Source: Candidatus Latescibacterota bacterium | GTDB taxonomy: Bacteria > Latescibacterota > UBA2968 > GCA-2709665 | DNA: 64,000 nt | Assembly: GCA_965219455.1 (NCBI GenBank) | Contig: OZ244744.1 | Location: 224,001 to 288,000 of the forward strand | Direction: 5' to 3' | Shown here: piece after piece, positions 28,643 to 37,612 of the stretch | Position numbering within the stretch: the stretch's first letter is position 1 | Layout of the letters: every line of letters starts with the position of its first letter | Position numbers and translations under genes: made by a program | Notes under the pieces: generated by a model | What the model was told of the DNA's origin: nothing | Databases searched by the model: none | Seen by the model: only the letters and a program-made list of their open reading frames with translations

Positions 28643-29166
28643 CCCCGCAGCTGGGCGATCGCTTCATCCACTGAATAGATGCCTCCAGTTGCGGGCTGGT
28701 TTTTCCGATGGAGAATTATGATATACCATCGAATTTCTCGAATCAATGCTTCAAGCGACCGAAGATTGTCCATGACCCCCTTGGTTGAATCGAATAGTGG
28801 CTCATCGAATTCCTCGAATAACTCTAACATCGGGGAAATCTCATCGATCATTTCCTTTGCCATGGCTTCTCCGCTATTCATCCCCTCGATTGCAGTTTTC
28901 GCATCACCATTACACAGACCCAGATATTCTTCCGGGTTTTTCTCCAGGAAATCCAATCCCCTTCTCAATTCTCCGACGGCTTCGCGGGTTAGAGAATCAA
29001 GCTGACTCAAAGCTTCCCTGGTCCTGGAAGATAGTTCTCTAAAATTGGCCATCCTCCGCTTCAGGTCTCTTATTTGCCCCTCTTTCCCGCTAATAGGAAG
29101 CGTATCGCCTTGCGCCCAGATAGAAGCAACCTGCGACATACACGACATATCTAAGACTGCGGGCAT
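28639..29166 (-). CDS. hypothetical helical protein, putative antitoxin
   Basis: GGGAGGT RBS, own promoter, 175 aa with an acidic C-terminal half ending GGIYSVDEAIAQL. Translationally coupled to the RelE-like gene. Confidence 0.75.
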   Translation of the reverse strand: MPAVLDMSCMSQVASIWAQGDTLPISGKEGQIRDLKRRMANFRELSSRTREALSQLDSLTREAVGELRRGLDFLEKNPEEYLGLCNGDAKTAIEGMNSGEAMAKEMIDEISPMLELFEEFDEPLFDSTKGVMDNLRSLEALIREIRWYIIILHRKNQPATGGIYSVDEAIAQLRG

Positions 29167-29212
29167 GTCCTACCTCCCTTTATGGGGGAACATTTCCGAC
29201 GGGTATGTAAAA

Positions 29213-29241
29213 AAAGTATGTCCACTGATCCCGCATGTCAA
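29213..29241 (-). promoter_or_regulatory. sigma70-type promoter of the 175-aa/RelE pair
   Basis: TTGACA-N17-TACTTT on the minus strand. Confidence 0.65.
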
Positions 29242-29314
29242 GCCATTTTCCCCAAAAACCCTTTATATCTACATGACACTTTTGCGGCATCCGATAGTTT
29301 AGTATGTCAATCGC

Positions 29315-29338
29315 ATTAATTCCGAAGCGATGGATCAT
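29315..29338 (-). pseudogene. 8-codon stub of a PIN toxin
   Basis: MIHRFGIN overlaps the end of the AbrB antitoxin and resembles the M..RFGIDTS start of cognate VapC proteins. The sequence turns AT-rich immediately after. Confidence 0.45.
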
Positions 29339-29558
29339 GCCGTTGATCGCGGAACGACCATAGTTTGAACTCGCCGCGGCCGCGTTTAAGCTTGTCGCGC
29401 AAGGGCGCAAGCCGGTTGGGGTCGACTTGCCGGGACCGCAGGAAAAATCCGTCCGGGCGCTCTTCCAACTCAAGCTGGTCGCCGGGCCCGACCCCCAGTG
29501 CATCCAGCACACTCTCGGGAATGGTCACCTGCCGCCGCCAGTTGATCTTGAGGATCAT
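29316..29558 (-). CDS. AbrB/MazE/SpoVT-family antitoxin (orphan)
   Basis: KINWRRQVTIPESVLDALGVGPGDQLEL swapped-hairpin signature. Confidence 0.88.
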   Translation of the reverse strand: MILKINWRRQVTIPESVLDALGVGPGDQLELEERPDGFFLRSRQVDPNRLAPLRDKLKRGRGEFKLWSFRDQRHDPSLRN

Positions 29559-29591
29559 CCATCTCTCCCTACGGCACTGGAATAAGGCAAC

Positions 29592-32500
29592 TCATTTGAT
29601 ATGTATTACCGCCGGTTTCTCCAGACCCGCTTCGGAAGCCGCGTTATGGAACAGATTGACAACCGTCGGATGGCAGGTAAAAACCAGCACCTGGTTGGTT
29701 TTGGATAGCTCCGTGAACGCGGTGGCGGCCCTGAGCGCGCGATCGGGATCGAAGTTCACAAGGATCTCGTCCACAACGACGGGGAGCGGCTCCGTTCGCT
29801 CCCCCAGTTCGCGGATCAGCCCGAAACGGAGCGACAGGAACAGTTGCTCCCGCGTACCCCGGCTCAGTTCGGACGGCTGCTTCGTCCGGCCGTCGGCGTC
29901 CGTCACCGTTATCGTCTGTTCACCGAGGGGCGCGTATACCTGCCGGTACCGTCCATCGGTGATCGCAGTGAAGAATTTCTCAGCGTGACGGACGACTCCC
30001 GGCTGGCGTTCTTGCTCGAACTTTCGCCGCGCTTCTTCAAGCAGGTTACGGGCAAGCGTTAGCCGGGTCCATTCCCGGGCGTGGTCCTTGATCTGCTCCA
30101 GGAGTACGTTTCGCTCCATCCGAAGTCGGGACGACTCTTCCTCGCCCATGAGCCCTTTCAGATCGGCCCGGATAGAGCCACGCTCTGTCGACAACTCCTC
30201 ACGTCGGGCGTTGGCAATGGCCCTTTCTTCCTCCAGCCCGTCTATCTCGTCGGCGATAGACTGGGAATCCGTGTCAGCGAGATCGACCTTTAGGTTTTCT
30301 AGCGGTTTGCCCGGACCGCTAATTCGCTGAAGACGGTCAAGCGCCGCACAAGCCTTCTCTTCGAGTTCCGTTCGCTTTTCGGATAGACCTGCGAGCACGC
30401 GGAACGCTTCGGCGTCCTCAGCGCCGCCTGATTGGAGTAGGTGGTCAAGCTCCTCTTCTGCCTTTTGGAGGTCGCTCCTGCGCTCTTCCAATTCGCGCTC
30501 GGCGTCCTTCAATTCGAGTTTCGCGTCGGTCCGATTTCTTACGCTCTCCCGAACCTCTTCCATCAACTCGACCAGCCTGTCCGCGGCATCGGCAACGGTG
30601 CGCCAGTCGCTCCGATCGAAGGTGACGCCGAAAGCCCTGGCAAGCGGCTCGACAGCCTCAACGTATTCGTCGATGTCCTTCCGGATGGCCTCGATGCGCT
30701 GCTGCCAGCTTCGCACATCTTCAAGGTGGCTGTGTCCAAGTTCGACCTGACTTTGCAGCACATCGGCCGTCTCTGGTGTGAAGGTTTCCAACAGACCACG
30801 CGCCGATAACCATTCGTTCCATTCACGCTGCGCCGGGTCCAACTGCCGCTCCGCATCCTCGACGCCGGCAGCGGACTCTTCGGCACGGGTCTGTCTCTGC
30901 TCTACCAGGTCTTTCGCGCCCTCGAGCGCATCATTGAGCCGAGTCCGTTCCCTGAGCCTGCCCTCCTGTTCGTCAATGAACGCCTCGGCGGCGAGGAGGG
31001 ACGATTCATCTATCACTTCGAGGCCGAGGGCCATTGCGTCCTGCATCATCCTGGACTGGAGATCCTCGATGTCCGCTTCGGCGCGGCGCAGGGACTCGCG
31101 AATAGGGCCTGCGAGCGGCGATTCCCCGGCAACCATTGGTCCGGACTTTCGAGATACAAACAGGTATATGCCCACGCTGACAAGCGCAATGCCAGCCGCG
31201 GCGCCGATATATAGAGTCGTTCCGCCGAGAACCCCTCCTGCGATCAGGAGCCCAAACCCGAAAACGAGGCTGATCGCCGCGACGGTCCTGGCACCGCCTG
31301 CCGCTCCGTCCGAGGTTGCTGCACTCTCCAAGCCATCGAGTTGAGTCTGCAGATTCCGCACGTTCTGTCGCTGCCGGCCGATTTCATCGAGTTGCGCTTT
31401 TGTGGCGCGCGCCAGGTTGCGTTGCTGTAGTATCTGCTCTGCATCCAGACCCGGCGTCATGGACGCCTCGAATTCTAGTTGCGCCTTGCTCTCCGCGTCT
31501 ATGGCCTCCTCCAATGCGGCCCTGTCCTGACCGAGTCTCGACCTGCGGCTCGAATACTCCGCGGAAGCGTCGCGCAATCGCTCACCATGCTCGGAGATCT
31601 CCTGGCGGACGGCTAATGAGAGATCGAATTCTTCCAACCGGGCATCGTCCCAGTCGGGTCCCAGGCCTTTCATGGTTACGGCCAGGGTTCTCATATGGCC
31701 TTCAAGCTCGGTCTCGCGTTCCGGGAGGTCTTTGACAGAGCCATGGAAAGCAGTGCGACCATTTTGCAGACGGCGGACGTCGGCCGAGTACTCCAGAATA
31801 GCCTCGTGCTCTACCCGGACGTCCGCTGCGCGTTCGGCCTCAGACACTCGTTGTTCCGCTGACTCGTACTCCCGCCGAGCGGCCCTGACGCGCTCCTGTA
31901 ATGCTTCCAGCCGATTCACACCATCCGCGGGGAAGGTGTCGATAGCCGGTATGCCAGCCAATTCTTGCTCGGCGGATTTCAGGTCATTCCAACCGTCCCA
32001 GGCATTCTGAAGCGCTATCTGACGGTTATACCGAGAGTGAATCTCTCGCCGCCGGACAGCCAGACTTTCGAGCTCGACCTCGACCTGTTGAAGGCGATCG
32101 GCCAGTTCCCCGTAATTTGTCGCGATATTTGCGACATCCCGCAGCCTGTCGTCTATCTTTTCGATATTACTGTAGACCTCGTATGCCTTTTGGCTGCTCC
32201 CACCTTTTAGAAAAATTCCTGCGCGAGAGGACTCGATCGACCTCACGGCGTTCGGAAGTGAAGTTACGCCCATGCCTGCACTATATATCTGGCTGTTGAC
32301 GTTCGCGTCCCTCAGCAAGTCTTCGCTGTAGAGATCGTCGAGGGTGAACGCGAATACCCGCTCAAAGACGTCCCGTGAGTGGTGCCCCAGCAACTTCGCC
32401 AGTTCAGATTCCGGTAGCATGTCGCCTGTTGCCAAAGTCAGGGCAACGTCTCCGCCATAACTCTTTCCCGTCGTTCTGCGCACGTCGTACACACCACCGT

Positions 32501-32735
32501 CCGTGCCTTCGATAGTGATGTGTCCTCCATAACTCCCCCCGGCCAACGCCGGATAGGGGTTGACCTTCCCGCTCTTGCGGGGAAATCCGAAAAGCACCCT
32601 TCGGACGAACTCCAACAGCGTGCTCTTGCCCGCCTCGTTGGGACCGTAGAGGACGGTCACGGATCGCTCCAGCGGGCCAAATTTCGTGCCTGTGAACTGA
32701 CCGAACCCGTCGATGCGAATGTCGCGGATCTTCAT
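29592..32735 (-). CDS. yhaN: YhaN/AAA_27 SMC-like (Rad50/SbcC-like) ATPase with central TM hairpin
   Basis: IDGFGQF, GPNEAGKST, long coiled coils, two central hydrophobic helices, LSRGTREQ signature, VVVDEILVNFD, FTCH. Confidence 0.9.
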   Translation of the reverse strand: MKIRDIRIDGFGQFTGTKFGPLERSVTVLYGPNEAGKSTLLEFVRRVLFGFPRKSGKVNPYPALAGGSYGGHITIEGTDGGVYDVRRTTGKSYGGDVALTLATGDMLPESELAKLLGHHSRDVFERVFAFTLDDLYSEDLLRDANVNSQIYSAGMGVTSLPNAVRSIESSRAGIFLKGGSSQKAYEVYSNIEKIDDRLRDVANIATNYGELADRLQQVEVELESLAVRRREIHSRYNRQIALQNAWDGWNDLKSAEQELAGIPAIDTFPADGVNRLEALQERVRAARREYESAEQRVSEAERAADVRVEHEAILEYSADVRRLQNGRTAFHGSVKDLPERETELEGHMRTLAVTMKGLGPDWDDARLEEFDLSLAVRQEISEHGERLRDASAEYSSRRSRLGQDRAALEEAIDAESKAQLEFEASMTPGLDAEQILQQRNLARATKAQLDEIGRQRQNVRNLQTQLDGLESAATSDGAAGGARTVAAISLVFGFGLLIAGGVLGGTTLYIGAAAGIALVSVGIYLFVSRKSGPMVAGESPLAGPIRESLRRAEADIEDLQSRMMQDAMALGLEVIDESSLLAAEAFIDEQEGRLRERTRLNDALEGAKDLVEQRQTRAEESAAGVEDAERQLDPAQREWNEWLSARGLLETFTPETADVLQSQVELGHSHLEDVRSWQQRIEAIRKDIDEYVEAVEPLARAFGVTFDRSDWRTVADAADRLVELMEEVRESVRNRTDAKLELKDAERELEERRSDLQKAEEELDHLLQSGGAEDAEAFRVLAGLSEKRTELEEKACAALDRLQRISGPGKPLENLKVDLADTDSQSIADEIDGLEEERAIANARREELSTERGSIRADLKGLMGEEESSRLRMERNVLLEQIKDHAREWTRLTLARNLLEEARRKFEQERQPGVVRHAEKFFTAITDGRYRQVYAPLGEQTITVTDADGRTKQPSELSRGTREQLFLSLRFGLIRELGERTEPLPVVVDEILVNFDPDRALRAATAFTELSKTNQVLVFTCHPTVVNLFHNAASEAGLEKPAVIHIK

Positions 32736-34006
32736 GCGTCGTCATCCCCTGCCAGCAGGTTTACGACGATTGCCTCAGCCTCATCGATCAACGTAGAAAG
32801 GTCATCGTTGCCAGGGGCGTGGTCGGATAGATGCTGGCGATAACGACGGTGCTGGTAGAGATCGGAAAGTCCATCCTGCAGACGGGCTAGTAAGTCGGGG
32901 TCTTTCTTCGCGCGATCCGCGGTCTTGAGCACCTCGGCCAAAAAGTCGGAGCCTTCGACGCGCTCCTCCCGGTCGAACCGGGCCGCGGTCTCGTCTTCGA
33001 TGCGCTCACACCACGCGAAGGGGGCACGTTTCGCCCATTCGCGGTTTATGCTTTCCATAATATCTTCTATGAAGCCGGTCTGTCGAAGTCCGTTATATAG
33101 ACCACCCCTACCAGCCAACGCGATTCTCAGCACAACTGACGCGCCGTTCGCGGCATTCAAAGCGTCATCAATGCTCTGGTGGATCCCGTCAATCAGGTCC
33201 TGCTCCGCGTCCATTTGGGAGATGTCCAGTACGGTCCGCTCCCACCGCACAATATCAACGGACCTGAAATCCAGGCGGACTGCGCCGTCATCGTCCACCT
33301 CGACAAGATACACGCCGCGTGCGCCGCGCTCGTTGGGATGCCTGCCCTGGGGGTTGCCAGGATAGACCACGGTCGGGGTCCGTTCTCTGAGTACCTGCCT
33401 GGTATGCACGTGTCCGAGCGCCCAGTAGTCTATCCCCGACAGTTCAAGATCGTCGAGCGAGCAGGGCGCGTAGTTTTCATGGGCGGCGTCGCTACCTACA
33501 TTGGCGTGCATCAGCCCGATGGAAAACATCTCCGGATTTCCCCTGCCCAACCGTGGCACGAGATTTTCGGCGACGTCGCCCGTGGCGTGACTGATTCCAT
33601 GCACGACTCCGCGACCTGGATCTTTCTTGAGAATCGGTACGGCCTCAGCCTCCTTCAGAAAGCGCGTACAGCTTTTCGGATAGACCAGACGCGCCTCCCA
33701 ACCGTCGAGCGGATCGTGGTTGCCGTGGCAGACGAAAGAACGTATACCGGCCTCGTCCAGCCGTTTCAGGCCATCTGCGAACTTGAGTTGCGCGCGCAGG
33801 CTCCGATCGGCCGAGTCGTACACGTCGCCTGCGACCAGCAGCGCGTCCACACGCTCGTCGATGCACAGGTTGATGATGTTCTCGTAGGCGCCGAAGGTCG
33901 CGTCCTGAAGTGCGTCGGCCACGTTGTCGGGCGCAACGGCCTTTATCCCGATAAAGGGGCTGTCCAGATGCAGATCAGCGGCATGTATAAAGCGGAGATG
34001 GGACAT
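32732..34006 (-). CDS. yhaO: YhaO Mre11/SbcD-like metallophosphoesterase nuclease
   Basis: HAADLHLD, AGDVYD, GNHD, YWALGHVH, YPGNPQGR. ATGA overlap with yhaN. Confidence 0.92.
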   Translation of the reverse strand: MSHLRFIHAADLHLDSPFIGIKAVAPDNVADALQDATFGAYENIINLCIDERVDALLVAGDVYDSADRSLRAQLKFADGLKRLDEAGIRSFVCHGNHDPLDGWEARLVYPKSCTRFLKEAEAVPILKKDPGRGVVHGISHATGDVAENLVPRLGRGNPEMFSIGLMHANVGSDAAHENYAPCSLDDLELSGIDYWALGHVHTRQVLRERTPTVVYPGNPQGRHPNERGARGVYLVEVDDDGAVRLDFRSVDIVRWERTVLDISQMDAEQDLIDGIHQSIDDALNAANGASVVLRIALAGRGGLYNGLRQTGFIEDIMESINREWAKRAPFAWCERIEDETAARFDREERVEGSDFLAEVLKTADRAKKDPDLLARLQDGLSDLYQHRRYRQHLSDHAPGNDDLSTLIDEAEAIVVNLLAGDDDA

Positions 34007-34037
34007 GTGTCTCCATTAACTGCGTTTGAAACGTCGT

Positions 34038-34100
34038 TCAGCGGTTGTTGAACAACAGTATGAAGACGTTAGTATCGATCAGAAAACGGTCTGTAGTCAT
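34038..34100 (-). pseudogene. 20-codon stub of a PIN (VapC) toxin
   Basis: Translated by hand as MTTDRFLIDTNVFILLFNNR*. ATGA overlap with the upstream antitoxin. Confidence 0.75.
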
Positions 34101-34342
34101 TGATCCCACCCACGTTTCCATGAATTCCGAAGATTGCGCTGTAAACCAACGGGGTCGTCGACGTCTCTAAATGCCCTGATCTTGCCGGCGAGACTCATCA
34201 GGCCATGATGGGTTTGTGAAATTTGACTCTCGTCGTCTTTCAGGTAGACAACGACGCGGGCTTTCCGACCGAAAGCTTCGCGGAAATCCTTTGGCAACGT
34301 GCCGTCCGCCGGGATCACAATGTCTCTATCGATTGATTTCAA
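34097..34342 (-). CDS. VapB-like antitoxin (orphan)
   Basis: 81 aa from TTG, C-terminal LAGKI..DPVGLQRNLRNSW typical of PIN-associated antitoxins. Coupled to the PIN stub. Confidence 0.7.
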   Translation of the reverse strand: MKSIDRDIVIPADGTLPKDFREAFGRKARVVVYLKDDESQISQTHHGLMSLAGKIRAFRDVDDPVGLQRNLRNSWKRGWDQ

Positions 34343-34491
34343 GTTTGCACTTCCTGTGCGGAAAACGTGCACTCGGGCGCGTCGGCAACGGTGCCGATGC
34401 ACGGAGTCACTGTCACTCGAATCCGGATGACCTCATTATGCTGAAATCTTCAATCGTGCTCCCATCCGGAACCGTTTTCCATTTCACACCT

Positions 34492-34860
34492 TCAAATGAA
34501 CTTCTCAGGAGACACTTGAAATATCTCCGCCAACTTTCGCGCGGTTTTCAGGCTGATTGACCGGGCTTCTCTCTCCATATTCGAGATATGCTGGCGAGGA
34601 ACGCCCCCGAGCATCTCGCCCAGCCTTGTCTGAGTCAACCCGTGATTCTCCCGGTAAATCCTAAGATTGTCGCCCGGTGTCATTCCGGATTTGACGCTCC
34701 GATACCAATCTGTCTCAAAGACGTTGAAACGCTCTTCGTCGGCATTTCCATAGAGTTGAATCTGTTCTCCGTATTCCTCTTTCAATACGGACATCAGCTT
34801 GTCGGGAATCACTCCTTTAATGTTGATCTCAATTTGGGGCGTTTTCACGACTGCCTGCAT
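34492..34860 (-). CDS. XRE-family HTH antitoxin (HigA-like)
   Basis: TPGDNLRIYRENHGLTQTRLGEMLGGVPRQHISNMERE..ISLKTARKLA. Confidence 0.9.
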   Translation of the reverse strand: MQAVVKTPQIEINIKGVIPDKLMSVLKEEYGEQIQLYGNADEERFNVFETDWYRSVKSGMTPGDNLRIYRENHGLTQTRLGEMLGGVPRQHISNMEREARSISLKTARKLAEIFQVSPEKFI

Positions 34861-35093
34861 AGTAGACCTCAATGGTTTTTGAATTTTTCAATCAAGACCA
34901 GCAGACCACCCAACCGCGCGTGACGTGGTTGTGGTATTTGTCCGATCCAGGTTCGCTGCAGTCGGGCCAATCGTTTCTCATCGGCCCGGTATCGCTCAGA
35001 TCTTCGACAAGGTTTGCTACCGGTCGTATGAACCGAATCAGGCAGCCTTCGAATACGCCGTGGGAGGCTTCTAATAATGTGGATTCGATACAT
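34829..35093 (-). pseudogene. RelE/HigB-like toxin pseudogene
   Basis: MYRIHIIRSLPRRIRRLPDSVH, +1 frameshift near 35030, then NLVEDLSDTGPMRNDWP..KYHNHVTRGWVVCWS*(34892-34894)LKNSKTIEVYYAGSRENAPN. Confidence 0.8.
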
Positions 35094-35095
35094 TC

Positions 35096-35124
35096 AAAGT
35101 AACCATTTAGTAGTTACATGTCAA
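35096..35124 (-). promoter_or_regulatory. TA promoter with palindromic operator
   Basis: TTGACA-N17-TACTTT overlapped by the GTAAC-N9-GTTAC inverted repeat (35099-35117). Confidence 0.6.
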
Positions 35125-35365
35125 ATTAAAACCATGTCCTCATCCAGCCGATCTGAATACCTCTCCGTTCAATCGCGCGACCCCCTGCTTAAGACCCTCG
35201 TCACCGAAAAGTGCCTCTCCATTTCCTGCGGCGGAGAAGATAACATGTGCAAACTGCGTGCCATCGCACAGTAAGCACAATGTCAGCCTTGAAGCCCCTG
35301 CGGCAGACGCCAGGCATTTCGTCTATCCATAGTAGATTCCAGACGCAGTTCACAGACCAACTACG

Positions 35366-35407
35366 AACCATAAGAAAACTTATGTGTTCGCAAATTTTCT
35401 TATGGTT
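35366..35407. repeat. 13-bp perfect inverted repeat
   Basis: AACCATAAGAAAA-N16-TTTTCTTATGGTT. Confidence 0.65.
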
Positions 35408-35477
35408 GGCGTGCGCAGCGACGGTAAATGTAACCTGGTTTGATCCCGTCGCGATACATATCTGTCACACGGCTCCT

Positions 35478-36101
35478 TCACCCGGTCCAGCAACCGGAGG
35501 CCAACCTCGGCCAATCGAGGGGCTTTGTAACGACCGCGTAGACCCATGCGGTCCGCCAGATTTCCTTTACAAGAACCGGCGCCAGTACCCGGCGGTAAAG
35601 ACTTCGACCGCCGGGGCGGAAGCCTTCCAGGCGGTCGATGGCGGGCAGGCGGGTCTCGGGATCGTCGAATACGAGCAGCTCCCCGTGCACGACGCCCCGG
35701 CCGCTCGCGGGGCTTTCGGCCAATCGCCGAGGATTGATGTGACGGCACAGGCGTACCTGCGCGGCCGCGTCGGCTATGGGGTCTGCGGTTCCTTCCGCGA
35801 GGATATCCTGCTCCGGTACCTTGAGAAAAGGGATGCGATCGGGCCTGATGTAGAGGTGTCCGCGAACCAGCGCCTTTTCAATCGCCAGCACGCCCCGACA
35901 GTAGCCGTTGTGGTTCGAGTACCCGCGTTTGAGCGTGCCGTAGACGAAGAGGCTGATCGACGTTCCGGCAGGGGGCTCATTCGCGGGTGCCGCATATGTC
36001 GTCGCACGAATCGGCGACGGATGCCTTGCTTTGCGACCCGACCGGCCCTGTTGGATCGGCCCAGACAACGGTTCGGCGCGGGTGTCTGCGCTTTGTGCCA
36101 T
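35478..36101 (-). CDS. gamma-glutamylcyclotransferase (AIG2-like) family protein
   Basis: LFVYGTLKRG..NH, VHGEL, IDRLEG, YRR, AWVY. Start uncertain. Confidence 0.85.
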   Translation of the reverse strand: MAQSADTRAEPLSGPIQQGRSGRKARHPSPIRATTYAAPANEPPAGTSISLFVYGTLKRGYSNHNGYCRGVLAIEKALVRGHLYIRPDRIPFLKVPEQDILAEGTADPIADAAAQVRLCRHINPRRLAESPASGRGVVHGELLVFDDPETRLPAIDRLEGFRPGGRSLYRRVLAPVLVKEIWRTAWVYAVVTKPLDWPRLASGCWTG

Positions 36102-36216
36102 CGGCGCACCCCATTATGCGCTTTGCTTTACGATACCCTATCGATATGTTGTCCGGGCAGGCGCTATTCCGTCTACTCAGGCGGGTTACGGAGGTCCGTC
36201 ACCGACACCGGAGTCC

Positions 36217-36241
36217 GGGTGACCACAAGGGGCGCCCCTAC
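36217..36241. repeat. degenerate GTAG-type REP-like palindrome
   Basis: GGGTGACC-ACAA-GGGGCGCCCCTAC. Confidence 0.45.
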
Positions 36242-36337
36242 AAGACGACGGGGAGTGGTGGAAAGGCGAAGACGCGACGGCCGTTGGCCGGTTTCTCTGG
36301 CGAATCAAGATTCACTCTTCATCCTTACGGGTCCCCC

Positions 36338-37255
36338 ATGAATCCGATCTTTCTAAAATGGACCGGCTGCGGCGGTTTCGAGGTCCGTACCGACGCGATC
36401 AACTTCGCCTTCGACCCCTATCTGTTCGGAGAACATCTGACCGGCGCGTCGCCGGACTTCGACTATATCTTCATCAGCCACGAACACTTCGACCACTGCC
36501 ACCCTTCCACCCTGCGCAGGCTCTGCCGTGGTGATCGCTTCAAGAAGATCTTCGTAAGCCCGGGTTGCTGCGACCCCGACCAGCCCGTGGACGAAAAATA
36601 CGGCGACGCCGCGTTCGGGCGCGACCTCCCCCTCACCAGATACCTGGATCCCAAAATTGTTCAGGTTGTCTTTCCCGGGCACCTGAGCCACATCGGCGGA
36701 GAATTCCGCACCTTTCCCGGCCCCTTCGAACTGGACCTCGGCCCCATCCACGTGGAAATTATCGAAAGCGGTGAAAATCAGAGACCGGACCTGCCCAACT
36801 GCGGATACCTCGTTACCGTCCGTGATCTCGACGTCTCTTTTCTACATACCGGCGATCTCACCGAACCCTACCGTGCGCTCGAGGAGCTGCGTGGACGGGT
36901 CACGTACCTTATCCACATGAAGATGGGCCTCACGGAATGGGGAGGCGAGGACCGAACCGACAAACTCCTTCAATGCGTCGACGCCATCCAGCCGGAGTTC
37001 TTCATCCCCATCCACTACCGCACCGACCGCACGTCGGACCCGATCCCGCACGGCACCTGGCCGCCCAACGTCACGGATGCCGGCGCGTTCATCGAATGGA
37101 TCCGGGAAGCTGTTGGATCCAGCACCCGCGTATTGCCGTTCACCGCAGGCGTGGAATACGAAATCGACCTGCCCTCGAAGCAGGTCCTCTGGAAATGGAA
37201 CTGGTTCAATACGTGGACGACGCCGTCCTGGCGGAACGACAGATCGAATGAGTAG
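36338..37255 (+). CDS. MBL-fold metallo-hydrolase (UlaG-like)
   Basis: FDPY, ISHEHFDHC, HTGD, IPIHY. Confidence 0.87.
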   Translation: MNPIFLKWTGCGGFEVRTDAINFAFDPYLFGEHLTGASPDFDYIFISHEHFDHCHPSTLRRLCRGDRFKKIFVSPGCCDPDQPVDEKYGDAAFGRDLPLTRYLDPKIVQVVFPGHLSHIGGEFRTFPGPFELDLGPIHVEIIESGENQRPDLPNCGYLVTVRDLDVSFLHTGDLTEPYRALEELRGRVTYLIHMKMGLTEWGGEDRTDKLLQCVDAIQPEFFIPIHYRTDRTSDPIPHGTWPPNVTDAGAFIEWIREAVGSSTRVLPFTAGVEYEIDLPSKQVLWKWNWFNTWTTPSWRNDRSNE

Positions 37256-37378
37256 GCGGACGGAGCCGCTGACAGGGGTCAACACATATCGGTGTCCCGT
37301 GCCCAGAAATAGGTCACCAGTCATCCGCCGATTCATTCCGACTCGCTGCATTCCATTCGCTCGCTGAAACGTGGTCAT

Positions 37379-37503
37379 TGAGCTTGTCGAAATGCCCGCG
37401 TTTCGCTATCCGTACGATGCCAATCAACAGCCCTTTGCCGACCCTTCGACAAGCTCATGGAGCGGCTCAGGGCTAACACGCCGGTTCCTGAGCCTGTCGA
37501 AGG
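37379..37503. repeat. cluster of three alternating TGAGCYTGTCGAA repeat units
   Basis: TGAGCTTGTCGAA 37379-37391, inverted TTCGACAAGCTCA 37445-37457, TGAGCCTGTCGAA 37489-37501, lying between convergent genes. Confidence 0.7.
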
Positions 37504-37612
37504 ATGCAATTCAGACAACTCGGCGGATGAATTCTGGCAATTTATCTCCGGGTCAGAACACCAACCCCGGTATGACGCTGTCTGCCCCGCACGGTTGTCC
37601 GTTCGGCCCTGA

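Noticed and set aside
34892-34894. In-frame TGA as selenocysteine or recoding
   Set aside because: The same gene also has a frameshift, so simple pseudogenisation explains it. Other genes in the window use TGA as a stop.
28328-35093. Integron-like cassette array (co-oriented small genes)
   Set aside because: No attC-like RYYYAAC..GTTRRRY sites and no integrase were found.
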